Below are positions 52,861 to 64,000 of a stretch of DNA of 64,000 nt, piece by piece. The position numbers and the translations under genes are program-made. The stretch spans positions 8,370,302-8,434,301 of the forward strand of contig MU058065.1 of the NCBI GenBank assembly GCA_013265495.1, in the 5' to 3' direction. This DNA is from Vicugna vicugna (taxonomy: Eukaryota). Under the pieces are notes generated by a model. That model made no database searches and was not told the origin of the DNA. It was given only the letters and a program-made list of their open reading frames with translations. Numbering within the stretch: the stretch's first letter is position 1; the number at the start of each line of letters is the position of its first letter.

Positions 52861-54499
52861 GGCTTCACTGATTTGCTCCTGTAAAAGCTTCAGGTCTAAA
52901 AGACCTGAAGAGAAGAGGTCTTCTTGTGTTTCTTCAATTTAAACCCTTACACTGCACACTCAGTATTGGCTAACACTAAGGGAAATGGACAGTCTAGAAC
53001 TCTTATTATCCTCCTTTACCTTATTTTATAGAGATAGAAATGGTTAAAATAAAGCTCTATGGAAGGAGAAAATACACAGACAAAGAGTAATGAGCTATGT
53101 AAGATGTATGCAGGTGTGTGTGGATAAGATATCATTTCCATGCTGTCACCACTATATATGCAGGCATCTTTATTGTCACTTACTGAGTATGAATTAGCCC
53201 CAACCCATCTTGTTATAAGCTCCTTTTTCCCTCTTAGGTCAAGTTGTTTGAGCCCACTAGGAAGGAGTGGTTCTCCAAAATGTACTGCCTATGGCTATAA
53301 TCTCAATTTACCACACCCTAAAACAATTAGCCATCTTGACTATAATACAGAGCATTAACAGGGATTAACAGGGTTATTTCTATGAAGAGAGAGTGAGAAA
53401 GCAAGATAGAGAATGTAGGTTGAGGGTTTGAAAGAGAGCAAGACAATGAATGATGAGATTTCCCCGTTTTATGTACTACTGTATTACTATTTGACTTTTT
53501 TCCAATGAGCATGTACTTATTTTTTAATAAGAAGCCTAAGAAGCAATTAAATCATCTTAACATATATAAGAGACTATTATATAAGTAAACAACAAACAAT
53601 TGTTTCTATTTCTAGTGAATCCTAAATGGAAAAACATTTTTCATGGGTTGGCATTTACTGATGGTATTTGCTAAGAATACATCTATTTCACTGATCCCTT
53701 TCTTTCTTCTTTGTTTTTTTCTTTACTATCTACTTTTTTCTGTTTATTACTTGTGTACTTAAAGGGCAGTATTAAAAAGAACCTTTAAAATTATTTAATT
53801 TCACCCACCATCAGGATAGTCTACCATTTTGAACCAGATTTGTGGCAGGCAAATTTTATCTTTGGTTTGTAGATTCAACCCTCCCTATAATTCCATACAT
53901 TTAAAATTTCAATGTGTGAGTCTTGGGGATTCATTATAGTCCATCTAAGAGTAATGAGAAATGGGACAATCATGGGATAATCCAACTTTGTGTACAGGAC
54001 AAATAATGAATCAAACAAAATATACCCATGCTTGAGAAAAATGGCACCAAAGAAGAAACAAAAGAGGGAACAATGAACCTATGAACTTTCCAAATCTATA
54101 AACACCGACCTAGGACTTGCTCTACTAAAATACCTATTGTCATGAAAATGTAAATTTGCTTTCATTACTCACAACTAATCATTTTTTGTGCTCTAACAGG
54201 TTATTGCAATCTCCACAGTTTTTCCTGTACTGAGTAAGCCTGTCATTTACTAATGTAAATGAATTCCTCCCATGAAGCAGAGGATTCTGAAACATAATCT
54301 TGTGATACATGTATCTAAGTTTATTTTTTTCCAAACTCTAATACCTGAAGACCTTTATTTAAAATATACTCTATTACCTGAGTTGACAATGTTTTCTTTA
54401 TTGATGCTTTATAGAAATCCACTTGGGTTCCTAGGTTTTTGTTTAGCTAGGTGAGGCAAAAGTTACAAAGGTCTCACTAGTCCACAAGGCCTCAAGGTA

Positions 54500-57400
54500 A
54501 ATAACCTTCAATATTCAAAACATCATGGAGAAAAACTAGACAGAAAATCAACAAAGATATAGATTTGAACAAACTATCCTTCAAACTGACCAAACTGACA
54601 TTTACAGAACCCTCAACCTAACAACAGAATACACATGCTTGTAAAGGGCATATGAAACATTTGTCAGAACAGCCTATATGCTAAGCTATAAAATAAGTCT
54701 CAATAAATTTAAAGGGGTTGATGCCATTCAAAATATGTTCTCCAATCACAACAGGATTAAATTAAAAATCAACAACAGAAAGAAATTTGGGGATTCTCCA
54801 ATATTTGGAAATTAAACAACACAGTTCCAAATAATCCAAAGGTCAAGTAATTACAAAAGAAATTAGAATACTTTAATTGAATGAAAATGAAAACACGATG
54901 TTATCACAATTTATGATGCTTAGCTAAAGAACTGGCTGGAGGGAAATGTATAGCTTTAAACATCCATGCTAGAAAAGAAATGACCATATGACCCAGGAAT
55001 CCCACTCCTGGGCTTGTATCCAGAAGGAACCCTACTTCAGGATGACACCTGCACCCCAATGTTCATAGCAGCATTATTTACAATAGCCAAGACATGGAAA
55101 CAGCCTAAATGTCCATCAACAGGTGACTGGATAAAGAAGATGTGGTATATTTATACAATGGAATACTACACAGCCATAAAAACCGACAACATAATGCCAT
55201 TTGCAGCAACATGGATGCTCCTGGAGAATGTCATTCTAAGTGAAGTAAGCCAAAAAGAGAAAGAAAAATACCATATGAGATCGCTCATATGCGGAATCTA
55301 AAAACAAAAACAAAAAAACAAACAAACCAAAGCATAAATACAGGACAGAAATAGACTCATAGACAGAGAATACAGACTTGTGGTTGCCAGGGGGGTGGAG
55401 GGTGGGAAGAGATAGACTGGGATTTCAAAATTGTAGAGCAGATAAGATCACACTGTACATAGCACAGGGAAATATACACAAAATGTTATGATAACTCACA
55501 GAGAAAAAAATGTGACAATGAGTGTGTATATGTCCATGAATGACTGAAAAATTGTGCTGAACACTGGAATTTGACACAACATTGTAAAATGATTATAAAT
55601 CAATAAAAAATGTTAAAAAAAAGAAAAGAAATGAGGTATCAAATCAATAATCTGAACTTCCACTAGAAGAAACCAGAGAAAGAGCAAATTAAATTCAAAG
55701 CAAACAAAAGGAAGGGATAATAAGGATCAGAGCAGAAATCAATGAATTTTTTTTAAAATGATAATTGAGAAAATAAAATTAAAAGTTAGGATCTTCTATA
55801 AAAGAGAAACAAAATCCATACACCTTTACCTAGACTGACCAAGAAAAAGAGAAGTTACAAATTACTAAAATTAGAAATAAAAGTGTGCACATCACTATCA
55901 ACTACAGAACTTAAAATATTATAAGGCAAAACTAATATGAACAATGCTATGCCAACGAATTAGACAACTTAGATGAAATGGACAATTCTTATTAAGCCAC
56001 AAATTACTACCAATAACTCAAGAAGAAACAGAAAATCTGACTAAATCTATAAGTAAAATAACTGAATTAGTATTAAAAAGCTTCCCACAAAGAAACCAGG
56101 CCCAGAAGGCTTCACTGGTGAATTCCAGCAAATATTTAAAGAAATCATACCAATCCTGAAAAGGAGGACAGACAATTTCCCAACTCATTCTATGAGGCCT
56201 GTATTTCCCTGATACTAAAGCCAAAGCTTTCACACACATAGGCAAAAAACTACGGAAAAGTATCCCTCATGATATATATACAAAGTCCTATCAAAATATT
56301 AGCAAAATGAATTCAGGAACATTCTAAAAGGATTATTTACCATGATTGACTGGAATTTATCCCTGCAACATAGGGCTAGTTTAACAACTGAAAATCAGTG
56401 AATATAATATGCTATATTAATAGAAAAATAAAACTCACATGATCATCTTAATGTATGTAGAACATGCACCTGACAAAACTCAGCATCCATTCATAATAAA
56501 AACTCTCACCCACCTAGGAATGGAAGAAAATTTCTCCAAGCTGATAAAGACAATCTGAGAATAACTCAGAACTAGCATACTAATGGTGAAAGACTGAAAG
56601 CCAACACTGTACTGTATGTTCCAGCCAGTAAAATTGAGAAAAAGAAAACTAAAAGCATACAAGTTAGAAGGAAGAAGTAGAATTGCCTTTATTTGCAGAC
56701 AATATGATCCTGTAAGTAAAAAATCCTAAGGAGTATATAAAAACAACCAGAACTACTAAACAAGTTTAATAAGGCTGCAGGATATGAGATCAATATACAA
56801 TAATCACTATTTCTATCTACTAGCAACAAACAGTCCAAAAATTAATTTTAAAAAATTCATTCACAATTGCATTAAACAAAATAAAATACTTGGCAAAATT
56901 TTAACAAGAGAAGTGCAGGACTTGTACACTAAAACTGTAAAACACTATGGAGAGAAAGTAAACAAGATACAAATCGATGGGAAAATAATCCATGTTCATG
57001 AATTAGAAAATTCAAAATTGTTAAGATGGAAATTCTTCCTTAAATATTTACATACTCAATGTAATCCTTATCAAAATCCCTATAAATTGAAAAGCTGATC
57101 TTAAAATTTATATGGAAATTCAAAAGACCTAGATTAGCCAAAACAATTTCAGCAAAGAACAAAATTGGAAGACTTGTGATACAGTATTTCCAAACTTACT
57201 ATAAAGCTAAAGTAATCCAACACTGTATTAGTGAAGGACAGACACAGGTCTATAAAAGAGAACTGAAAACTACAGAAATAAACTCTTACTTTACGGTCAA
57301 ATAATTTTCAATAAGGTGCCAAGGCAATTTGATGGGAAAAAGACAGTTTTTTCAACAAATAGTGCTGGGACAATTAGTTATCCCTATGAAAAACAATGAA

Positions 57401-58545
57401 CCTACATGCTTACCTCATACTCATTTACAAAAAACAACTCAAAATGAATTAGAGACATAAAACTTCCAAAAGAAAACAAGAGGAGAAAATCTTGGTGACT
57501 TGGGCTAAGCAACGATTTCTTATAGATGACAACAAAATGACAGTCCATAAAAGAAAAACAATGATATATGGGGTAATCAAAATTAAGAACTTTATACTTC
57601 AAAAGACACCATGAAAAAGAAAAACCACAGACATTTACAAATCACATATTTGATAAAGGACTTGTATCCATAATATACACAGAATTCTACATGTCAATAA
57701 GACAGTCCAATTTTTAAAAATGGGCAAAAGATTTGAACAGATATTTCACCAAAGAAGATATATGGCTAATAAACACATGAAAACTGGTCAGCATTATTAG
57801 TAGGCTTTAGGAAACTAAAAATTAAAACCACAAGGATACACTAAGCCATTGGCACAAAATAGCTATAACTGAAAAGACTGACAATGCAAGTGTTATTAAG
57901 GATGTGGAGAGACTGGAACTCTCATTCACTGCTTGGGGCGGAGGATATGAAATGGTAAGCCGCTTTTGAAAAGAGTTTGGCTATTTTTAAAAGTTAAACA
58001 TAAATTTCCCATATGGTCTATCAATTCCATTCCTATCCAAGAAAACTGAAAACATACAAAGACTTGTATGCAAATATCCACAGAAGCATTATTTGTAATA
58101 GCTAAAAACTGGAAAAAATCCAAATATCCATCAGTTGGCAAATGAATAAACAAAATGTGACATAGCCATTAAAATGGAATATTATTCAGCAATAAAAAGA
58201 AATCAATTATTGACACACATTACAAAATAGACAAACTTCAAAAACCTTATGCTAAGTAAAAGCAGCCAAATACAAAAGCCTACAGTCTGACCAATTCCAT
58301 TTATGTGAATTTCCAGAACAGACAAATGTATAGAGATAGAAAGTGGTGCTGGTGTGAATAAAAAGAACCAACTACAAATGGTCACGGGGGACTTTTTAAA
58401 GCTGAGGGAAAAGTTCTTTACCTGGGTTGTGGTGATGATTGCATCATTTTTTACATTTATAAAGGATCACTAAATTGCACTTAGAATGAGAACATTTTAT
58501 AGTAGAAAATTATACTTCAATGAACTATTTAAAAATTGGCAATAA
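54500..58545 (+). mobile_element. Old degraded L1 (L1M-type) ORF2 and 3'UTR
   Basis: Collinear ORF2 landmarks (cagaaaatcaacaaagatata, ggcttcactggtgaattc, tttgcagacaatatgatcct, ttcaacaaatagtgctggga, aaaatgggcaaaagatttgaacaga) with many stops and indels. Confidence 0.9.
54984..55621 (+). mobile_element. Young 5'-truncated L1 nested in the old L1
   Basis: Open ORF2 C-terminus (55014-55301, [24 protein letters not shown]...SLICGI*). Perfect 13-bp TSD agaaaagaaatga at 54971-54983 and 55622-55634. Confidence 0.92.
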
Positions 58546-58876
58546 ATAACTGCAGTTTAGCTAAGAGATCTGCTGAGATTTACCACAGACAGAAAGGAGA
58601 TACTAGATGTTTCTACTACAGACTAACTGCTGAAAAAGCTCAGACAGTAAATCTTCTCTTCATTGCCCCAAGGAAACACTACTAGATTCTAAGGGCAAGA
58701 GAATTATCAAAAGATAGTTCTCATATGAGAGATGGCTCCTGACTCCAATGGCCTACCAATGAAATATGGTGAGTATCCTGAGTGTTACAGCTGCATCTCA
58801 TTACCATTAAAAGATATAGAGAGACAAACCACAGAATTACAGCAGTTTAATCTGACAAAGGAAACGAAAATGGGCC

Positions 58877-59195
58877 TGTATTAGGCAGCTCAGGCTGACA
58901 TAACAAAATATCAGGGACTAGCTGGCTTCAACAGAAATGGACTTTATCACAGTTTGGAACTTGCTGCCAGCATGGTCAGGTTTTGGTGAGGGCTCTCTTC
59001 CTGGCTTGCAGTCATCTTCTTGCTGTATTCTCACATTGCAGAGAAAAAAGAGAAAGAAAAGAGGAGAGGAGAGAAGAGAGAACACAAACTCTGGTATCTC
59101 TTTCCATAAGGGCACTAAACCCATTAGGAGGGCTCCACCCTCATGACCATCTAAACCTAATGACCTCCCAAAGGCCCCATCCCAACTGTCCATCA
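58877..59195 (-). mobile_element. MLT1A-like LTR
   Basis: tgtattagg...ataacaaaata...ggtgagggctctcttcctggcttgcag...ataagggcactaa...ggctccaccctcatgacc...cctcccaaaggcccca. Confidence 0.85.
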
Positions 59196-59208
59196 GAAAC
59201 TGCAAAAA

Positions 59209-59239
<31 letters not shown>

Positions 59240-61365
59240 TCTCCAAGGACTTCTATGCTGATAATATTCTCAAGACCTGCTGAAACTGGGTTCTATATCT
59301 GAATCAAATTCTCTTCTCTTTTCTGGCCAAAGAAACAAGCATTACATTTTTTAAAGTTTTATGTGGACATGGTTAACAGACAGGACTAACTGGACCAAAT
59401 TATTCCTGCCACTTCTTTCTGTGTCAGCATACTTCTTGCCCTGGGCTTACAATTTGAAAGGGGGGGACCAAAACACTTTTACTGCATTTAAGTGGGACTC
59501 CAAGCCGTTTCTAGGCTCCTCTTGACACATTTCAGCCAATTAGTGACTATTTTAACAAAAGCCTAACATCCTTTCCTAAACATCTTAATTGCTTAAGAGC
59601 TTCTGTTGTTTGCCACGAGCAGTCACTTTAAGTCATTGATTAAAGCAGTTTGCACATCAGCACAATCTGAAATCAGTTTCCTTTTTCAACCAGCTGGGCT
59701 TAAGAACCAATTGCGAAGACAGCCCAATTCAAGGACGTGCAATGCCCTGCATGACAGCGATCTACCATGCACTGTGAATTTATAGGCAAGAGGGAAAAAG
59801 AACCAAACTGCCATGAGTAAGTACTTCAACTGCTCTCTGTTTCACAAATCACTTTCATTAGCACTTCCTGCAAGGGTGAACTCCAACAGGAAGGTGGTTA
59901 GCACACCTTTCTTCAGAGCACCCACTATTAATGCTGCGTTTCCAGCAGAGCCAATGGTGAGCACCTGCCTGGCTGCACTGCAGGCACAGGACATCCTTGC
60001 AAGCCAATGGACCACTACGCTAAGTGCAGGCTTGAGTAGACTGCGCTCTTTCAGTTGTTCTGACAAAGGGAAGGCATTCGAGTCCCACACTTTCAGCCAG
60101 AGGAAAACTAACCTTTCTACTTTTAACATTTAAAGGGAAAAAGTATTCAGCAGGTTTAAGGTAACCAATTTTGCCACCTGGCATGAAAAAACAAAACATT
60201 GGGAGAAGAAGAATGCTGTTGTGTATCACATATAAATGTCCTTTACTGCTCTCAGGAAGAAATCTCAGTGCTCACTAAGAGCTTACCTATAGCAAACAGG
60301 TTTTGATTTGTATGCTACCAGCTGGCCCTCTTTCTTAACAGATAGCCAGGCTACATTTTATAAGAGCCAGACTCTGTAATTAGAGAGACTCTGAGCTACA
60401 GATTGATGGGAATTTGAAAGGATGCTAGAAGCTGAGTGAGAATGGATAGAAGCCTTTTAGGGAGAGTTGTGAAAACTGAATACACTAATGAAGTGGCTGT
60501 GCATATGATGGTCTTTGATTTCTATGTCCTGTCTTTTATTTTTGTCCTCATTTCAATGATTTCATTTTAAAAATTTGGTTGATGAGTTTTTATTAAAATG
60601 TAAACTTCAGAGCAGTGCTGTGGCATCTAATGAAATGTAGGCAACCGATGAAGAAGTTTAAGCCACAAGAGGCCAAGAATTGGCTCTCTGGAATCTGATG
60701 CAGTGTCTTCCACACACTTGCAATAATCTGTGGAAAGTCATCTCAACTCTTCTAGGCTTCAATCCATGCCACACTGAAGATGAAAAACACCCTAAGGGTC
60801 AGTGATATATAATTACCATGTCAAATAATAACATGCCCTTTTAGTCGGTATCCTTTACCATTCCGAATAAACTTTTTGTTTTCACATGAGACTACTACTT
60901 GTCACTGAAAAGTAAGGCGTAAAATAAGCCTGGATCATCAAGTTCTGGAGTTTAACAATTTAAAACTAAACAAGTCAAAAAGGAAGCCAGATGTTTAATA
61001 AAAAATATAAAAGTATAGACTAAACCTGTTAAATCTATAACCATGTATTTTCTCTCTCATGATTAGATGTATGACTCTTATTTTGGGAAAGGACTAAGAA
61101 AGTATCTCAAACTGTTAAAAAAAACAAAACAAAACTTTTATAGGGCAAAAGATGCTTAAAATTTTAGTGCTGTTTGTATTTAGTGTCCTTTCAAGATGTT
61201 CAAAGTATTTGACAGAACTTATTTTTCTTAAAATTTTCAGCTCTGTGCAAAATAATAGATAAAGGCAGTGTTTTTATCTTCTTATCTTTACCTGGAAAGA
61301 GCTGTGATAGGTTATGTAATTCATATCCACGATTATACAAATCAGGGTCCATTAAAAAGAGAAAA

Positions 61366-61394
61366 CACACACACACACACACACACACATACAC
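61366..61394. repeat. (CA)n microsatellite
   Basis: Directly visible. Confidence 0.9.
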
Positions 61395-64000
61395 ATGGGA
61401 AATTTCTCCTAGGTCCCAACTCTTGAGAATACACAGGTTAGGACTTGATTCATGGCAGAAAATCATATAATGAGTGCAAGCAAGCTGCCATGCAAATGGG
61501 AAGTACTCTACCCCACAGAGTTGAAAAACTGTCTACTTGACTTTGATAAATGATATAATTGTACTACTAATAGTACTACATTCTGCTTAGTGTTGGAAGG
61601 TCCTGTAGAAGCGAATTTTAAGAAATATCCTTTAAAATTGAAACCATGTTGTTTGATGTAATGAGAATAAGGTAGGTTGGAGAACAAAGACAACAGACTT
61701 GAGGATGAGATGAGATTCAAACAAAGTGGTATAAGAAAGACGAGGTAGCCACAGAATAAAGTGATCATCACCCATCAAATGGATGTGTGCACATCACTGC
61801 TCACTGTACATGAGTCTAACACTAAATATCAGACCCCAAATAGTAATCTGTACCATTTTTACTTAGGATGCCTCTTCTTGACAGGTTTGTTTTTTAACCA
61901 ATCAGGCTCCTGTGAATTCAATTTGGTGGAACGGAGCTTCACCACTATTACCACTCAAGGTCTAATATGGAACCTATAAGCTAAGTGGCAAAAACAGGGT
62001 CCCTGGGGAAAGAATCATCTCACATTACATAGTTACATTCCATCCTTTTATCTGTCAACAAATATACATCTTTCTGGCCCTTAGAGAACCAGCTTTTGAC
62101 ATGAGGTACATTCAAGCTATTTTACATAATATCTCATACTCAGGGGGAACCTATAAATTCATACATATCTCAGTCACACAGAAGTTAGTTGGAGAACTGA
62201 AGTGATGTGGCCTATCCTTCTCCTCCAGTTTCCTGTCTATCTTTTGACCATTTTAGCACTCTTCCTAAGTGCAAGCAGGGAAGGGACGAGGTGGAAATCC
62301 ATGGTGTCCTCTTCAGAAGCTCCACGGAAGGGTTCGTGGAGGAGACACTCTTGTAAGTGGGCAACCTCGAATCCAGGAGTCTCTAAGAATTCAGGTTCTC
62401 AGGTTCTTTCAACAACCCACAACTGCAGATAACAGATATCACAAATGATTGCACTGATGCACTTAAGAATACTGTGGGAGGGAAAAAGCCCTAAATTACA
62501 AATGATCATTATCTGTACAGCCGTGGTCAAGAATTTTCTATTGTAAAACAGTAGTGTAATGGTGGGGGGTATTGAGGGAGGAGAAAAGGGACTAGAAAAA
62601 GAAGGGTACTTGAGAATCAAAGCATCAGCAGTCAGAAAGAACACATTCCTGTGGTTCAGTGTTACCTCCTCTGTGCCAATAAGCTAAGAATAAGAAATAT
62701 CACTGACATCAAAAACTAGAAGACAAGAAAATGTGCAGCCGCCTACTGGAGACTCCTGATGTCAAAGAGATCAGATCACAATACTCTCAGTATGACTCCG
62801 CTACTATTAGGCCAGATAGAAAGGAATGACACCCATATTTTAGTTCATAATAACAGGCGAGAGGGCCAAGTTCTAATTAAGAGTAAAACTATCTATTGTT
62901 GATCATGCTTTTGGCAACTGAATTTGAAAAATAGATAAACTGGAGAAAAGAGAAGGGCTTCTGCCTCCTGTGTCCCAGACAGAGATCTCCAGATCAATAC
63001 CAGATAAGCCGCTTTAAACTTGAAGGAGCACTTTGGGCTTGCAAGGGAAGTGAGTCTTGGCTCACAGAGGGCCTTAGTAAAGAGATGTCCTGGCAGAAGA
63101 AAAGTAGAAAAGTAATGAAAAAATAAATTTCTGGAGCTTGAGGCAAGAAAAAGAATCCAGGTTAGGACCATGATAGAACTAGTTGCTAACAAGAGGAAAG
63201 TCACATTTTCCCAAGGCTCTGCAAAAAGTCTGCTTTTGTGAGGTCACTAGAAAGAAAGCTCTGATCAAGTCCCAGATGGAGGTACAGAGGGACACCTACC
63301 ACCACAACACTAGCAATGTGCCAGCGCGCAGTCGCATTCGACATAACAGTTTGGTCTATTCATCAAAAATCCTATCTATAAGCACAAAGTCTGAGATGCT
63401 TGACCTTACAATGTTTAAACAAACAAACAAAAAACATGTCGGAAAGGAAGGCATTAGGAATCAGGAGAAACAGTGCTGCTAGGTAGAAAAATCCAGTACT
63501 TGAAGGAGACATGGATTTGGATCTCTGTACAACTTTGGAGGAAGTTCATTTGTTCCAGTTTTACAGTTTTTCCATCTATAAAATATGAATAATAATACCT
63601 ATTGTAACCTACATGCCTTCTAGGGGTCACTTGTCCGTGTTATTTTCACAGGACTGCTTCAAATCCCCAATTCAGCCTAGAGGAAACACTGTTTTCCTAA
63701 GACAGGAGCAAATTCTCAGGAATTTTCTCTCAAGACCTCCGGTGCTCTCAGGTGCTTTCTCTGCCTGAATAATTCCAGACCCAAAACTCAGCCTCCTCAC
63801 CCGTTTCCCCGAATAGAGCACTCAAGCTGAGCATTCCCTAGTTTTTCTGACACTGCATATTTGCAGCCATGAGCTGGGAACATACTGTAGAACGCTGTGT
63901 ATGCCCTTGGTTAATTCATTCACTTCCTCTCTCCCTCTTACCTTTTCTCCTCATCCCCTCCTCTCGCTCTAGTCTTTCCACTTCTATGATGCTAGTAGCT

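Larger units (their letters stand above)
39408..64000 (-). other. XRCC5: Long XRCC5 intron (upstream exon lies beyond the window)
   Basis: The expected preceding exon ([14 protein letters not shown]...) was not found. I recall a similarly long intron at this position in human. Confidence 0.75.

Noticed and set aside
62200..62430. Possible further XRCC5 exon near the right end
   Set aside because: No frame resembles Ku80 and there is no convincing donor site.

Overview
Mammalian genomic DNA, probably from a camelid (alpaca or camel), judged from a Vic-1-like tRNA SINE and camelid-type L1 3' ends. Two genes lie tail-to-tail. On the + strand is the last exon of MARCHF4 (CDS 437-807, 3'UTR to about 2265). 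On the - strand are the last five exons of XRCC5/Ku80 (39407 down to 27154), preceded by more than 24 kb of one long intron that runs off the right edge. The rest is intergenic or intronic DNA rich in MIR, L2, L1, MaLR/ERV LTRs, hAT remnants and microsatellites, with one 59-N gap. I see no prokaryote-like or wholly new gene system. The best leads are: (1) a MER41-like LTR fragment that ends at its poly(A) site, has an A-rich tail and a 15-bp TSD (L1-style mobilisation), and carries adjacent NF-kB and GAS motifs inside XRCC5; (2) a candidate 65-nt poison or alternative exon in the long XRCC5 intron whose peptide resembles the preceding Ku80 exon; (3) a 2.4-kb L1 with both ends but two internal deletions; (4) a twin-primed inverted L1; (5) an unexplained 91-bp direct repeat downstream of MARCHF4. 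Repeat family names and comparisons with human sequence come from recalled consensus sequences, not from a search. Repeat boundaries are approximate unless TSDs are given.
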